64,000 nt of DNA, taken from contig CAYRDC010000004.1 of assembly GCA_964422925.1 (NCBI GenBank), forward strand, positions 19,838 through 83,837, read 5' to 3'. This document shows, piece by piece, positions 55,025-64,000 of this stretch. The stretch is from an uncultured Chitinophagales bacterium. Lineage in GTDB: Bacteria; Bacteroidota; Bacteroidia; Chitinophagales; S012-47. Position numbers and translations under genes: made by a program. The first letter of the stretch is position 1; each line of letters begins with the position of its first letter. Under the pieces are notes generated by a model that saw only the letters and a program-made list of their open reading frames with translations, was not told where the DNA came from and ran no database searches.

Positions 55025-57004
55025 TTATTTACTGACGACAATCTGCAGGCAGGATTGCACCAGCTGAATAAATTCCGCCCGGTAACCGTTCAGGTCAGGT
55101 CCCTGGGCTTTCTTGGCTAGTTCAAGCACCTGGGCGTAGCTGCCATTGCCTTTGTATTGTGAATCGCGCAACAGGAGGCCGAATTCAGTCACAGCCGCGG
55201 CCCACCGAAAATCATCAGTGCTTTGGTCCAGGGGACGGTAATTGAACTTCACCGGGAAGGACAACAGGCAGCTTTTATCTCCGTCAGGCTGCTTATAGCG
55301 CATTTTCAGGGTCATAATCTCCCCGCTTTCATAGGCTTCGGGCTTGATGCGCTGTTCCTGGTATTTCAGCCCGCCAAACATATCAGGCTGTGAAGACTGC
55401 TTGCCGGGATCCGACTGCATGCCTTCCAGCGCGGCTTTCGTGGGAATTATTTCATACATCGCGGTCACCGTATGCCCGGCTCCCAGTTCCCCGGCATCTT
55501 TTTGATCGTTATCGAAATCCTCGTTGTTCATCACTCGATTTTCATAACCCACCAGGCGGTATTCCTTGACTATGGCCGGGTTGAACTCAACCTGCAGTTT
55601 TACATCTTTGGCAATGGTGAAAAGCGTGGCCCGCATATCGGTCACAAACACTTTGTCGGCTTCATTTTCATTGTCGATGTAGAAATAATTGCCGTTGCCC
55701 TTGTCAGCCAGCTTTTCCATTTTTGAATCCTTGTAATTCCCCATTCCGAAACCGCAAACGGTCAGGAACACTCCGGATTCCCTTTTTTCTTCAATTAGCC
55801 GTACCATTTCAGCATCTGAAGAAGCGCCTACGTTGAAATCTCCATCCGTAACGAGGATTACACGGTTATTCCCTTCTTCAATAAAATTCTCCAGAGCCAC
55901 CTTGTAGGCCAGTTTTATGCCGGCCCCTCCGGCCGTTGAACCTCCGGCACTCAGCCGGTTGATGGCATTCTTGATGGTTTTTTTCTGATTGCCCGGTGTG
56001 GAAGGCAGCACCAGCCCGGCAGCACCCGCGTACACCACGATCGCCACGTGGTCGCTTTCCTGCAATTGGTCCACCAGTTTACTGAGAGCGGTTTTCACCA
56101 GCGGCAATTTTTGCGGATGCTCCATTGATCCGGACACATCAATCAGGAACACCAGGTTGCTGGGTTGCAGGTTCTCATAATCCACATCTTTTCCCTGCAA
56201 GCCGATATGCAACAGGTAGGCTTGCGGATTCCAGGGGCAATCAGACAATTCGGTATAGACTCTGAAAGGCACATCATCTTCCGGCTGCAAATAATCGTAG
56301 TCAAAATAGTTAACCAGTTCTTCCACCCGGATGGCATCGGCCGGGGGCATCTGGCCCATAGTCAGGAACCTGCGCATATTGCTATAGGAAGCATTGTCCA
56401 CGTCAATACTGAAAGTGGACAGGGGTTCATTCAAGGCTTTTTTGAAATTGTTTTCATAAATCCGGTCGTATTCTTCCGTATTGAAACCGGTTTCACTGTA
56501 ACCGTCATACATCCATGAAGCCGTTCCCGCATTGCCCATGATGCCATAGGCTGATTTTGCCATAGACCGGGGCGGTGCATAGCCAACCAATTCTTCAGCT
56601 TCGCTAATTGAATCCATCAGGAGAACGGGTTCCTGGTCTGCCTTAATGTTTGGATCAGGCTTTAGCAAAACATCCAAACGATTCAGGGAATTTCCATGCA
56701 TGATAAAATGCTCGATAGTTTGCCGGATAAAACCGGCCTTGCTAATACGGATGGTATACTCTCCTTCCGGGATCATGCCTATGGAAAAATGTCCGAGCGA
56801 ATCAGTAACCGCCTTCCGGCCAAGTTCAACAATAAAGATTTCCGCGTGGTTAAGAGGAATCCGGCTTTCTGAATGGCTTACCGTACCACTCAGGGTACAG
56901 GTAACCGGTAATTCATTATGCTTTAAAACCCAGGCATTGACACTCAGGAAAATGGCGGTTAATACAGCCAGCGATAAGGACAAATTCAGTGCTTTTTTCA
57001 TCAT
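55025..57004 (-). CDS. von Willebrand factor type A domain protein (YfbK-like) with N-terminal CarboxypepD_reg-like domain
   Basis: It has a signal peptide and a carboxypeptidase-regulatory-like beta-sandwich (GTVSHSESRIPLNHAEIFIVELG). The MIDAS motif is FLIDVSGSM. 659 aa. Confidence 0.85.
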   Translation of the reverse strand: MMKKALNLSLSLAVLTAIFLSVNAWVLKHNELPVTCTLSGTVSHSESRIPLNHAEIFIVELGRKAVTDSLGHFSIGMIPEGEYTIRISKAGFIRQTIEHFIMHGNSLNRLDVLLKPDPNIKADQEPVLLMDSISEAEELVGYAPPRSMAKSAYGIMGNAGTASWMYDGYSETGFNTEEYDRIYENNFKKALNEPLSTFSIDVDNASYSNMRRFLTMGQMPPADAIRVEELVNYFDYDYLQPEDDVPFRVYTELSDCPWNPQAYLLHIGLQGKDVDYENLQPSNLVFLIDVSGSMEHPQKLPLVKTALSKLVDQLQESDHVAIVVYAGAAGLVLPSTPGNQKKTIKNAINRLSAGGSTAGGAGIKLAYKVALENFIEEGNNRVILVTDGDFNVGASSDAEMVRLIEEKRESGVFLTVCGFGMGNYKDSKMEKLADKGNGNYFYIDNENEADKVFVTDMRATLFTIAKDVKLQVEFNPAIVKEYRLVGYENRVMNNEDFDNDQKDAGELGAGHTVTAMYEIIPTKAALEGMQSDPGKQSSQPDMFGGLKYQEQRIKPEAYESGEIMTLKMRYKQPDGDKSCLLSFPVKFNYRPLDQSTDDFRWAAAVTEFGLLLRDSQYKGNGSYAQVLELAKKAQGPDLNGYRAEFIQLVQSCLQIVVSK

Positions 57005-57131
57005 ACAGCAATTTAAGTGGTTAATTCAACAGAATAAGTCTGACAGCAATAGTCATCAGTCAGGATGCAGACCACCCCTGGGTTTCCATAAACAGCACTG
57101 AATAATTGATTGAGGAAAATTGCCGGAAAGG

Positions 57132-57887
57132 CTATGGATTCAGGATCTTTTGCCAGCCAATGCCGGATTGTACAAGCGACCTGGCTGCTTCCTCCACATT
57201 GAGGTAAACGGAGGAATGCAAATATTTTTCATCGTGATAATAGGCAAATACACAAGTTCCTCCCTTAATGTAATCGATCACTTGTTTGTAAATATCCTGT
57301 GGAATGGCCGGGCAGCCCCAGCTTCGTCCAATGCGACCGGTTTCCGCTAATCCGGGATCCACATAATCGGCCTGGTGTATTACAATGGAACGCCTGCGAG
57401 CATTATCATTAAACCCATTATCCAGCCCTGTAAGGATGAGGGAATAACCATTTTGCCCGACATAGGTACTGCCGGTCACGTAAAAACCCAAGCTGGATTG
57501 ATGAGAATTCAACCGGTTTGAAAAATACCGGGCATATTCCAGCCCGCTATTGGAACCGTGAGCCACGAGGGTATGAAACACTACCTGTTTTTTATCCAGG
57601 TCAATGGTAAAAAAACGATCCTGCCGGGAGGACAGGCTGTAGTCAATAATGGTGATGACGTTTTTTTCAGAAAGCTGGCCCGCATTTTTCAAATTAAGAT
57701 ATCCCATTAAAGCATAGCTGAACGCTTCGTAAGATAGATGGTATTTTTCCAATTCCAGATCGGCATACAAGGTTGCCGCATAATGGTCAAACAACGCCCG
57801 GGCGTTTTTCACGTCAGGCTCGTTGGCATGTACGCGCATCGGCATTACCAGCAATACAATTCCTATTAGCAGAGATACAACTCGCAT
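57132..57887 (-). CDS. L,D-transpeptidase catalytic domain family protein (YkuD_2 type)
   Basis: It has a signal peptide, HGSNSG and the GRSWGCPA active-site Cys context. Confidence 0.8.
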   Translation of the reverse strand: MRVVSLLIGIVLLVMPMRVHANEPDVKNARALFDHYAATLYADLELEKYHLSYEAFSYALMGYLNLKNAGQLSEKNVITIIDYSLSSRQDRFFTIDLDKKQVVFHTLVAHGSNSGLEYARYFSNRLNSHQSSLGFYVTGSTYVGQNGYSLILTGLDNGFNDNARRRSIVIHQADYVDPGLAETGRIGRSWGCPAIPQDIYKQVIDYIKGGTCVFAYYHDEKYLHSSVYLNVEEAARSLVQSGIGWQKILNP

Positions 57888-58114
57888 AAATCCGTAACCA
57901 TCGGTTTCCTTAAAAACAATAGAGATACTCTTTGAGTGGGCGGTAGCAGTAGCATTATAACTACGAAATAATCCGGATTAGGTTGTTGGCCGGAGCAATT
58001 ATAGGAGTTTTTCGGCAGAAATAACAATAATCTGAACAGCCAATTACCTCTCTGAGTAGTTTTTTAAGATTTTTTAATCCCCCCGGTCGAAGATCCGGCT
58101 TTGATTTTCTTTAT

Positions 58115-58122
58115 TAGATTTG
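58115..58122 (+). promoter_or_regulatory. Candidate -7 promoter box for the arginase-family gene
   Basis: tagatttg (TAnnTTTG) lies 17 nt upstream of the ATG at 58139. Confidence 0.35.
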
Positions 58123-58138
58123 TTGACCTCCCAAGTAT

Positions 58139-59092
58139 ATGAAAACGATTCGGCTCATAGAAGTACCTTCGGAGCTGGGTGCCGGAACACGAGGCGCCAG
58201 CCTGGGGATTGAAGCTATAAAATTGGCTTCCCTGAGTTTCAACAGCAAATTATTCCAGGGATTGAAAAACCACCGGGTAGAAACCGAGAACGAACTGCTG
58301 TTTGAAATGGATCAATTTCCTTGGGCGCACCGCATCAACGGGATTGTAGAAGTGTGCCGCAGGCTGGCTGATACGGTAAGCGATACCCTGCTGGCCGGAG
58401 AATTCCCTATTGTGCTTACCGGGGATCACAGCAATGCCATTGGAACAATAGGCGGTATCAAGAAGGCATTTGCGGATCAGCGGTTGGGAATAATCTGGAT
58501 TGATGCCCATGCCGACTTGCACACGCCATATACCACACCATCCGGCAATGTACACGGGATGCCATTGGCCTGTGCTCTTCATACGGATAATGCGGAAAAA
58601 CAAAACCGCATTCCTTCTGAAAAAACCATAGCTCTATGGTCAGAACTGAAGAATACGGGCACCAGCCAACCTAAAGTTTTACCGCAAGACATCGTATTCA
58701 TTGGCTTGAGGGATTTTGAGGAGGAAGAGGATTATCTGATTAAAAAATACAACATCCAGGTTATCGATATGGCCCTGGTTCATGAACATGGCGCGGAAGC
58801 CATGGTCGGCCGGGCCCTGCAACATCTAGAGGAATGTGATATCGTGTATGTTTCCTTCGATGTGGACAGTCAGGATCCCGCTTTCTCAAGGGGCACCGGC
58901 ACTCCGGTACCCGGAGGGTTTTCAGAAGACGAAGCCATCAGCCTGGTAACCAACCTGATGACTGACGAACGTGTAAAATGTTTTGAAATTTCAGAAGTGA
59001 ATCCATTGCTGGATAACATGAATCAAACCGGGAAAAATGCCTTCAAAATCCTGGACCAGACTGTTTTGTCCCTCAAACCCAGGCTTAATTAA
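58139..59092 (+). CDS. Arginase/ureohydrolase family protein
   Basis: The Mn-binding motifs are LTGDHSNAIG, WIDAHADLH and SFDVDSQDP. Confidence 0.85.
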   Translation: MKTIRLIEVPSELGAGTRGASLGIEAIKLASLSFNSKLFQGLKNHRVETENELLFEMDQFPWAHRINGIVEVCRRLADTVSDTLLAGEFPIVLTGDHSNAIGTIGGIKKAFADQRLGIIWIDAHADLHTPYTTPSGNVHGMPLACALHTDNAEKQNRIPSEKTIALWSELKNTGTSQPKVLPQDIVFIGLRDFEEEEDYLIKKYNIQVIDMALVHEHGAEAMVGRALQHLEECDIVYVSFDVDSQDPAFSRGTGTPVPGGFSEDEAISLVTNLMTDERVKCFEISEVNPLLDNMNQTGKNAFKILDQTVLSLKPRLN

Positions 59093-59997
59093 TAATACAT
59101 CAGTTTCAGGCAAGCCACACTGCCGCCTGATTTGAGAAACTCCGAAGTATCCAGCTCATAAACTTTATAGCCGGCAGATTCCAGGTAAGATACCACAGAC
59201 TCACCGTTTTTGGGTACAATTCCAATCGGTTTCGGATCGGTAGGGATGAGATGGGCGTTTAATGAAAAGGATTGAATGGCTTCCCTTTCAGGTACATAAA
59301 TCAATTCTTTGAAAACCCGTTGCAGGCAGATAAGGGAATCTTCAGAAAAAGCATTCGGGCAAATAATGGCCAATTCATCGCTGACCGGCAGGAAACATGT
59401 GTCCAAATGATAAAAATATTCTGAGACCAGTTCTACGGCTACGATATCAATATCCAGCAGGCGGGCAGCCTCTTCCAGACCTACCAGTGTGGACCTTTGC
59501 CCATATCCTCCTATTACCAAATCACGTCCGGGAACCGGAATAAGATCGCCCATGCCTTCCAGAACGACTCCTGAATTCGGGCGCAGGATCTTGTATTCTT
59601 TTTCCCGGTAAAATTGTTCAAAATACGGGACTTCCTTTTGTCGCTGCCCATATTTCATCCGGCTCATCAAAGCCATTAACTCACCCTTCCGGTTCCGCCA
59701 GGGAAAACTTTGGTTTGCAGCAAAAACCATATCATCCAGTCCTTCCATAGGAGGCAAAATACGGATCTCACCTATGAGATGTTCATCCTGTAATTCTTTG
59801 TACAGAGTAAATAGTTTCTGCCATTGTTTCCGGGCCTGGGAAATGTTTACTGGTTCATCTTTTTGCATGTAGGGGTTATAATCGCCCCGAACCTGGTAAT
59901 AAGCCGGGTTACACAGCAAAACATTAAGCGGTTCTTTTCTCTCAGCATATTCGCCAACCGAAAAAGAGGATTTAATATGTTCCGGTAAAAGCAACAT
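59089..59997 (-). CDS. Amidinotransferase-fold protein (arginine deiminase-related / citrulline-utilisation hydrolase-like)
   Basis: The ATG at 59997 gives about 302 aa. The C-terminal SGGSVACLKLMYY has the Cys context typical of the guanidino-modifying enzyme superfamily. This is a family-level guess only. Confidence 0.6.
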   Translation of the reverse strand: MLLLPEHIKSSFSVGEYAERKEPLNVLLCNPAYYQVRGDYNPYMQKDEPVNISQARKQWQKLFTLYKELQDEHLIGEIRILPPMEGLDDMVFAANQSFPWRNRKGELMALMSRMKYGQRQKEVPYFEQFYREKEYKILRPNSGVVLEGMGDLIPVPGRDLVIGGYGQRSTLVGLEEAARLLDIDIVAVELVSEYFYHLDTCFLPVSDELAIICPNAFSEDSLICLQRVFKELIYVPEREAIQSFSLNAHLIPTDPKPIGIVPKNGESVVSYLESAGYKVYELDTSEFLKSGGSVACLKLMYY

Positions 59998-60008
59998 ACT
60001 GATATTAA

Positions 60009-60791
60009 TTAGAAATCTCTTTTTACGGCTTTCCGCAAGTACCAAACCAACGGTAATACAATCCAAACGACCAGGAAAAAAGCGCTTATGGCCGCCCCGG
60101 CAGTAGTACCAAAAAATTCCCGGAATACCGCCCCGGTATATCCCATCATTGCGGAATAATCCAGCCGGAGCATCAGAAATATCCTGGACAGGTCAATTGG
60201 ATTGGCAATACTCATCCATAAAGCCAACTTTTCGGTAGGATAGTCATTAAACCAAACCAAAAGCAACAGGATAAGCCCATCATAAACCAGCGCCATAAAC
60301 AACCATACCAGTATAGCCAGGCCAAAACCCTTGATCCGGTCGTTATGATGAATAACAATCAGTGCTGCCAAGGCCGTGAAAATCATAAGCAGCGCCATGC
60401 CAGTCAGCAGCATTGGGAAAAAATGATGAACCAGTGTTGGGCTGAAAACCCCAAAGATCAGGAACGGTACGGTTAGCCCAGCCGCAAAACCCAATGCCAG
60501 AGAAAGCGATAACCCGAAATACTGGCCGGCAAAAACGGCACGCCTCCGGATGGGCAGTGCCAGCAACCACTCCGTAAAATCGCGGTTATTGTAAAAAAAC
60601 ATCACCCCCAATATCATCCCAAGCAGTGGATTCAGGATAATCACAATATTCATCAGGCTCAGGACTGCTTTCTCGGGCCTTCCGGCAAAGTAAATCAGCG
60701 AACCCGCCACCAGGGCATAAAACAGGAAAAGAATAATCATCCACCGGCTCCTGACCAGGTCTGCCAAGCTATATTTCAATACCTTCATCAT
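60009..60791 (-). CDS. nosY: ABC-2 type permease, NosY
   Basis: Six predicted TM helices. It is the last gene of the nosDFY block, and its start overlaps the nosF stop by 4 nt. Confidence 0.75.
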   Translation of the reverse strand: MMKVLKYSLADLVRSRWMIILFLFYALVAGSLIYFAGRPEKAVLSLMNIVIILNPLLGMILGVMFFYNNRDFTEWLLALPIRRRAVFAGQYFGLSLSLALGFAAGLTVPFLIFGVFSPTLVHHFFPMLLTGMALLMIFTALAALIVIHHNDRIKGFGLAILVWLFMALVYDGLILLLLVWFNDYPTEKLALWMSIANPIDLSRIFLMLRLDYSAMMGYTGAVFREFFGTTAGAAISAFFLVVWIVLPLVWYLRKAVKRDF

Positions 60792-61531
60792 GAGCCTTTC
60801 ACAATTTTCAATGTACCGGATTTCCGGGATTCATTAGTCTCCAAAATAGCAGCAATCGCCTGTTCTATATGGGTTGCCTGGTACTTGTTACGCAATTCCT
60901 CCACGGTTCCTGAAAACCAAACTTTTCCTTCCAGCAGGAAAATAACATCATCTGCCAGTTCATCTACCAATGACATGATATGCGAAGTGAATACAATAGT
61001 TGTACCGGCTGCCTTTCGCTCTTTCAGCAATCTTTTCAAGCGGGTCAGTGCAACGGGGTCAAGGCCGGCCGTGGGTTCATCAAGGATCAGAATTGGGCTG
61101 TCAAACATCAGGGAAAGCAGCAGGTTAACCTTTTGTTTCATCCCTCCTGACAACACCCTGATCTTTTTTCGAAGAAAAGGTTCTATCTGGAACAGTTCCA
61201 CCAGCGGGGCTTCATCCGCATCCACTTCCCGGAGGTCTTTGATCATATGGATCAACTCGCTGACCCGTAAATTTTCCGGAAACCGCGCCACTTGGGGCAG
61301 GTAGTCCAGTTCATGGCGGTAGGCATGCTGACCCAGGATAGATTTACCGCCCAGGCAAATATCTCCGGCATCCGGAATTACCATTCCCAGAATACATTTC
61401 AGCAAGGTAGTTTTGCCCGACCCGTTTGGCCCCAGGATAGCGGTTATACGCCCGGGCTGCAAGATCAAATCGATGCCCCGCAGTACAGGTAGTTTTCTGA
61501 ATTTCTTATACAGGCTTTTTACTTCAATCAT
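60788..61531 (-). CDS. nosF: ABC transporter ATP-binding protein, NosF
   Basis: Walker A GPNGSGKTT, signature LSGGMKQK and Walker B ILILDEP. Confidence 0.85.
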   Translation of the reverse strand: MIEVKSLYKKFRKLPVLRGIDLILQPGRITAILGPNGSGKTTLLKCILGMVIPDAGDICLGGKSILGQHAYRHELDYLPQVARFPENLRVSELIHMIKDLREVDADEAPLVELFQIEPFLRKKIRVLSGGMKQKVNLLLSLMFDSPILILDEPTAGLDPVALTRLKRLLKERKAAGTTIVFTSHIMSLVDELADDVIFLLEGKVWFSGTVEELRNKYQATHIEQAIAAILETNESRKSGTLKIVKGS

Positions 61532-62775
61532 GTGGCTTTCATTTTGGGCTTTGTGTCCAAAAGATACTCCGGTGTGATGGCTGGAATTATTTTTTCTGAA
61601 AAATCAAGCAATTTCATTAACGGACTGTGCATCAGGATAATGGAAGGAGGGAATTGTTCCACCAGGTAAGCAAACAACTTCACGGGCCGGTATGGAACAT
61701 CCCCAATGCCATCTTTGTCGAGATCATAGCCGGCATAATGATCCCAGTAATTGTATGCGTAGTCATTAAAATTATTCCTGGTATTGGTAGCAAGGTCAAA
61801 CGAATTGGAATAAAAATCATTGGCTATGATACGGTTGTGGGTGGAACTGCCCAGCATCTTTATGCCCCAACCATTGAGAATGAATTCATTGCCGACAATT
61901 ACCGTACGGGTGGCGCTTTCGGCATACAAGGCAATGGTATTTTCCTGAAAACGGTTGAACCCAATCCGGCATTCCGTCATTTCCTTTAACAGAAGCCCAT
62001 ATGCAGCTCCGCCCCAATTCTGCTGAAATGTGTTCCGGAACATAGAAATATTCCGGGAATACATTACTGCTACCCCAACCCCATTGCTTTTGAATACATT
62101 GTTCAGATACACATCATGATCCGAAAACATAAAGTGCATCCCGTACCGGATATTCCGGTAACTTACGTTATAGGCAATCAAACTGTTTTCGACAAATTCA
62201 AAATAAATTCCGTCCCGGTGGCCGGTAGCCATGTTATGCGTAATCCTCAGGTCGTGGCAATACCAGGCATGGATGGCGTTACCGCTGGAGGTTTCATCCA
62301 CGGCCTCTCCGGCTATAAGGTTCCGGGTAACCAGCACATGATGCGCATGTTCCAGGTAAATGCCGAAAAAAGTATTTTTCAAAACATTATGGTGCACCTT
62401 CACCCACTTAGCTGATTTGACTTTAATGCCCGCCCAGTCCTCTACATAACTTGTTCCCACGTTTTGGACAATAAATCCGGCCAATTCCACGCTATCAGCA
62501 GTGATGGTGAAAATTTCGCCCTGGTTACGGCCGTCTACAACAGGCTGTCCCAGTCCAATGAGAACCAGGGGTTTATTCACCAGGATGTTATTACTGTAAT
62601 AATGCCCGCGTTTCACCAGCAAAGTATCCCCCGGAGAAGCCTTGTCTATGGCCTTTTGCAACACATTTTTCTCTCCGTCAGGGTAAATGATATGTATAGC
62701 CCCAAACCCCGGATTCACCGGCAATAGCCAGGCCACCAGCCACAGGATAATGATATTTATTCTTTTGCCTTTCAT
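61528..62775 (-). CDS. nosD: Nitrous oxide reductase maturation protein NosD (periplasmic parallel beta-helix)
   Basis: It has a signal peptide and repeated beta-helix turns (N.I..N..GI). 415 aa, located between nosL and nosF. Confidence 0.85.
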   Translation of the reverse strand: MKGKRINIIILWLVAWLLPVNPGFGAIHIIYPDGEKNVLQKAIDKASPGDTLLVKRGHYYSNNILVNKPLVLIGLGQPVVDGRNQGEIFTITADSVELAGFIVQNVGTSYVEDWAGIKVKSAKWVKVHHNVLKNTFFGIYLEHAHHVLVTRNLIAGEAVDETSSGNAIHAWYCHDLRITHNMATGHRDGIYFEFVENSLIAYNVSYRNIRYGMHFMFSDHDVYLNNVFKSNGVGVAVMYSRNISMFRNTFQQNWGGAAYGLLLKEMTECRIGFNRFQENTIALYAESATRTVIVGNEFILNGWGIKMLGSSTHNRIIANDFYSNSFDLATNTRNNFNDYAYNYWDHYAGYDLDKDGIGDVPYRPVKLFAYLVEQFPPSIILMHSPLMKLLDFSEKIIPAITPEYLLDTKPKMKAT

Positions 62776-63206
62776 TTCCTTGGTTCCAGGTGAATGGAAT
62801 CATCAATACTCCACAGGGTGCCTCCGGTTTCCCTGGCCTTATCAATAGCTCCCTCGCAGGAAGAAAAAGCGGCAAGTCCTTCTCCCATTGGGCTTCGTAT
62901 GCTGTCGCTTTTCACTACACAAACGTCCAGGATATCAGAAAATTTCCCGGGATTGTCATAGGTCATCACTAACCGGTATTTGAATTCGGTGTTATGCTGT
63001 TCCTCCGCATAATGGAGCATACATTCCACAGCGTCAAAAACGTAGACCTTTCCCTTACTGGTTACCAATTCAGCGGCAAAGCGTTTATCCATAACCGTCA
63101 TCTTGCACCAGGCACAACCGTCTTCCCCGAACCGGATTTCTTTTGGCTCTACCCGGCAGGCAACCAGTGTAGCAATCAATAGCCCAATGATGGTTGTCTT
63201 TTTCAT
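62772..63206 (-). CDS. nosL: NosL copper-chaperone lipoprotein
   Basis: The ATG at 63206 gives MKKTTIIGLLIATLVAC (lipobox). CAWCKM is followed by the FDAVECMLHY pattern. Confidence 0.8.
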   Translation of the reverse strand: MKKTTIIGLLIATLVACRVEPKEIRFGEDGCAWCKMTVMDKRFAAELVTSKGKVYVFDAVECMLHYAEEQHNTEFKYRLVMTYDNPGKFSDILDVCVVKSDSIRSPMGEGLAAFSSCEGAIDKARETGGTLWSIDDSIHLEPRK

Positions 63207-63790
63207 TTCAGGTGTTTTTTGATTTTCCTGGACCAATACCAGGAAACAAATCCCCCGATTATGGACAATCCGAACATAATGGCACCCAAAGCCGGCCATG
63301 AATAAGCGGTAAAGTTCAACAGTGTTTTCTTACCGATTAATGGTGGTTGATAAGCCATTCCCTCGATTTTAATAGGCGCTTCAGGGTTCAGGTTATGCCC
63401 ATAAATATATTCCCAGTGGTAAAAGTCATACAAGCCCATGACTGCAAGGATGACTATGATCAAAAACCAGGCAAGATAGACCTTCGGTCGGTTTATCAGT
63501 GCCGACAGCAAACCAGTCGCTGCCAAGCCAATGATAATGTATGGGAAATACGATAATTCCGGGAACCCACAGGGCTCAATCCGGGACATCCCGACATAAT
63601 GGTTCAGGAGGTTAATATTTTGCAATGTACTGGGTGTGTCGCCTGTCATTTTATTGATCCAGATGTACATAGTGATCCCGTTGGGATATTGAGGTGCCTG
63701 CAGGGTTATACTCCAGATCGGAAAGACAAATAGCAGTAACAAAATCAGGGAGGCGACAAGCATCAATACTACAGGACCCTTCTTCCTCAT
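63203..63790 (-). CDS. Four-TM membrane protein directly downstream of nosZ (nosB-like)
   Basis: 195 aa with four hydrophobic helices. The position immediately after nosZ is that reported for nosB in clade II clusters. There is an ATGA overlap with nosL. Confidence 0.55.
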   Translation of the reverse strand: MRKKGPVVLMLVASLILLLLFVFPIWSITLQAPQYPNGITMYIWINKMTGDTPSTLQNINLLNHYVGMSRIEPCGFPELSYFPYIIIGLAATGLLSALINRPKVYLAWFLIIVILAVMGLYDFYHWEYIYGHNLNPEAPIKIEGMAYQPPLIGKKTLLNFTAYSWPALGAIMFGLSIIGGFVSWYWSRKIKKHLK

Positions 63791-63811
63791 ATTTTCATTT
63801 TTTTAAAAAGA

Positions 63812-63846
63812 ACAGGGGCAACACATCAAATTCACATTGCCCCTGT
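63812..63846 (-). terminator. Stem-loop between nosZ and the accessory genes (partial terminator/attenuator candidate)
   Basis: A 10-bp stem pairs acaggggcaa (63812-63821) with ttgcccctgt (63837-63846) around a 15-nt loop. On the minus strand tctttttaaaaaaa follows. Confidence 0.5.
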
Positions 63847-63885
63847 CACCTTTGGATGATCAATATTTAAACAAACACAGCCTAT

Positions 63886-64000
63886 CTACTCTTCATCTGT
63901 AGCACCAACCCACCATTTCAAGGGAACATTGGCATTGGACTCCGATACTCTGACATATCCCTGCATTTCCTGGTGAAGCGCGGAACAGAAATCACTACAA
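63886..64000 (-). CDS. nosZ: Nitrous oxide reductase NosZ, C-terminal CuA end (partial, runs off window)
   Basis: The minus-strand translation is CSDFCSALHQEMQGYVRVSESNANVPLKWWVGATDEE, stopping at 63886-63888. C-x3-C-x3-H-x2-M is the CuA ligand motif. Confidence 0.85.
   Translation of the reverse strand, partial: CSDFCSALHQEMQGYVRVSESNANVPLKWWVGATDEE

Noticed and set aside
63207-63299. An upstream extension of nosL. Similar extensions occur at 10676-10735, 20717-20797, 59998-60066 and 39891-39905.
   Set aside because: The extensions overlap the preceding gene. In each case the internal ATG gives a canonical signal peptide or family N-terminus.

Overview
The window looks like chromosomal DNA from a member of the Bacteroidota. 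Evidence: six ORFs end in T9SS C-terminal sorting domains, gldE-gldD lie next to ssb and mutY, TAnnTTTG -7 boxes sit upstream of many starts, and Shine-Dalgarno sequences are not evident. Most of the window is housekeeping: psd, glyA, polA, two HU genes, RNase G, mutY, ssb, recG, trmB, anmK, a LemA-TPM-TPM operon and a pair of amidohydrolases. I found no rRNA, tRNA, CRISPR array, transposase or integrase.

The parts worth a second look are:
1. A roughly 2.3-kb AT-rich islet (about 7683-9994) carries three tightly packed lipoprotein genes of unknown function. It is bracketed by a 9-bp direct repeat and lies next to a frameshifted diheme cytochrome c gene, a G8 tract and an odd GC-rich patch.
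2. Two adjacent T9SS cargo genes stand out. One is a mosaic of six PKD repeats and two atypical Kazal-like modules. The other combines dockerin-like repeats with a cohesin-like module.
3. A 31-codon, extremely basic ORF (bS22 / AURKAIP1-COX24-like) lies between a TPR gene and rng and is absent from the ORF track.
4. An alkyltransferase-like protein has PAHRV in place of the PCHRV active site.
5. A clade-II-type nitrous oxide reductase cluster sits at the right edge: the nosZ 3' end with its CuA motif, a 4-TM nosB-like gene, then nosL-D-F-Y. All accessory genes are joined by 4-nt ATGA overlaps.

All functional calls come from motifs read by eye. No database search was run.
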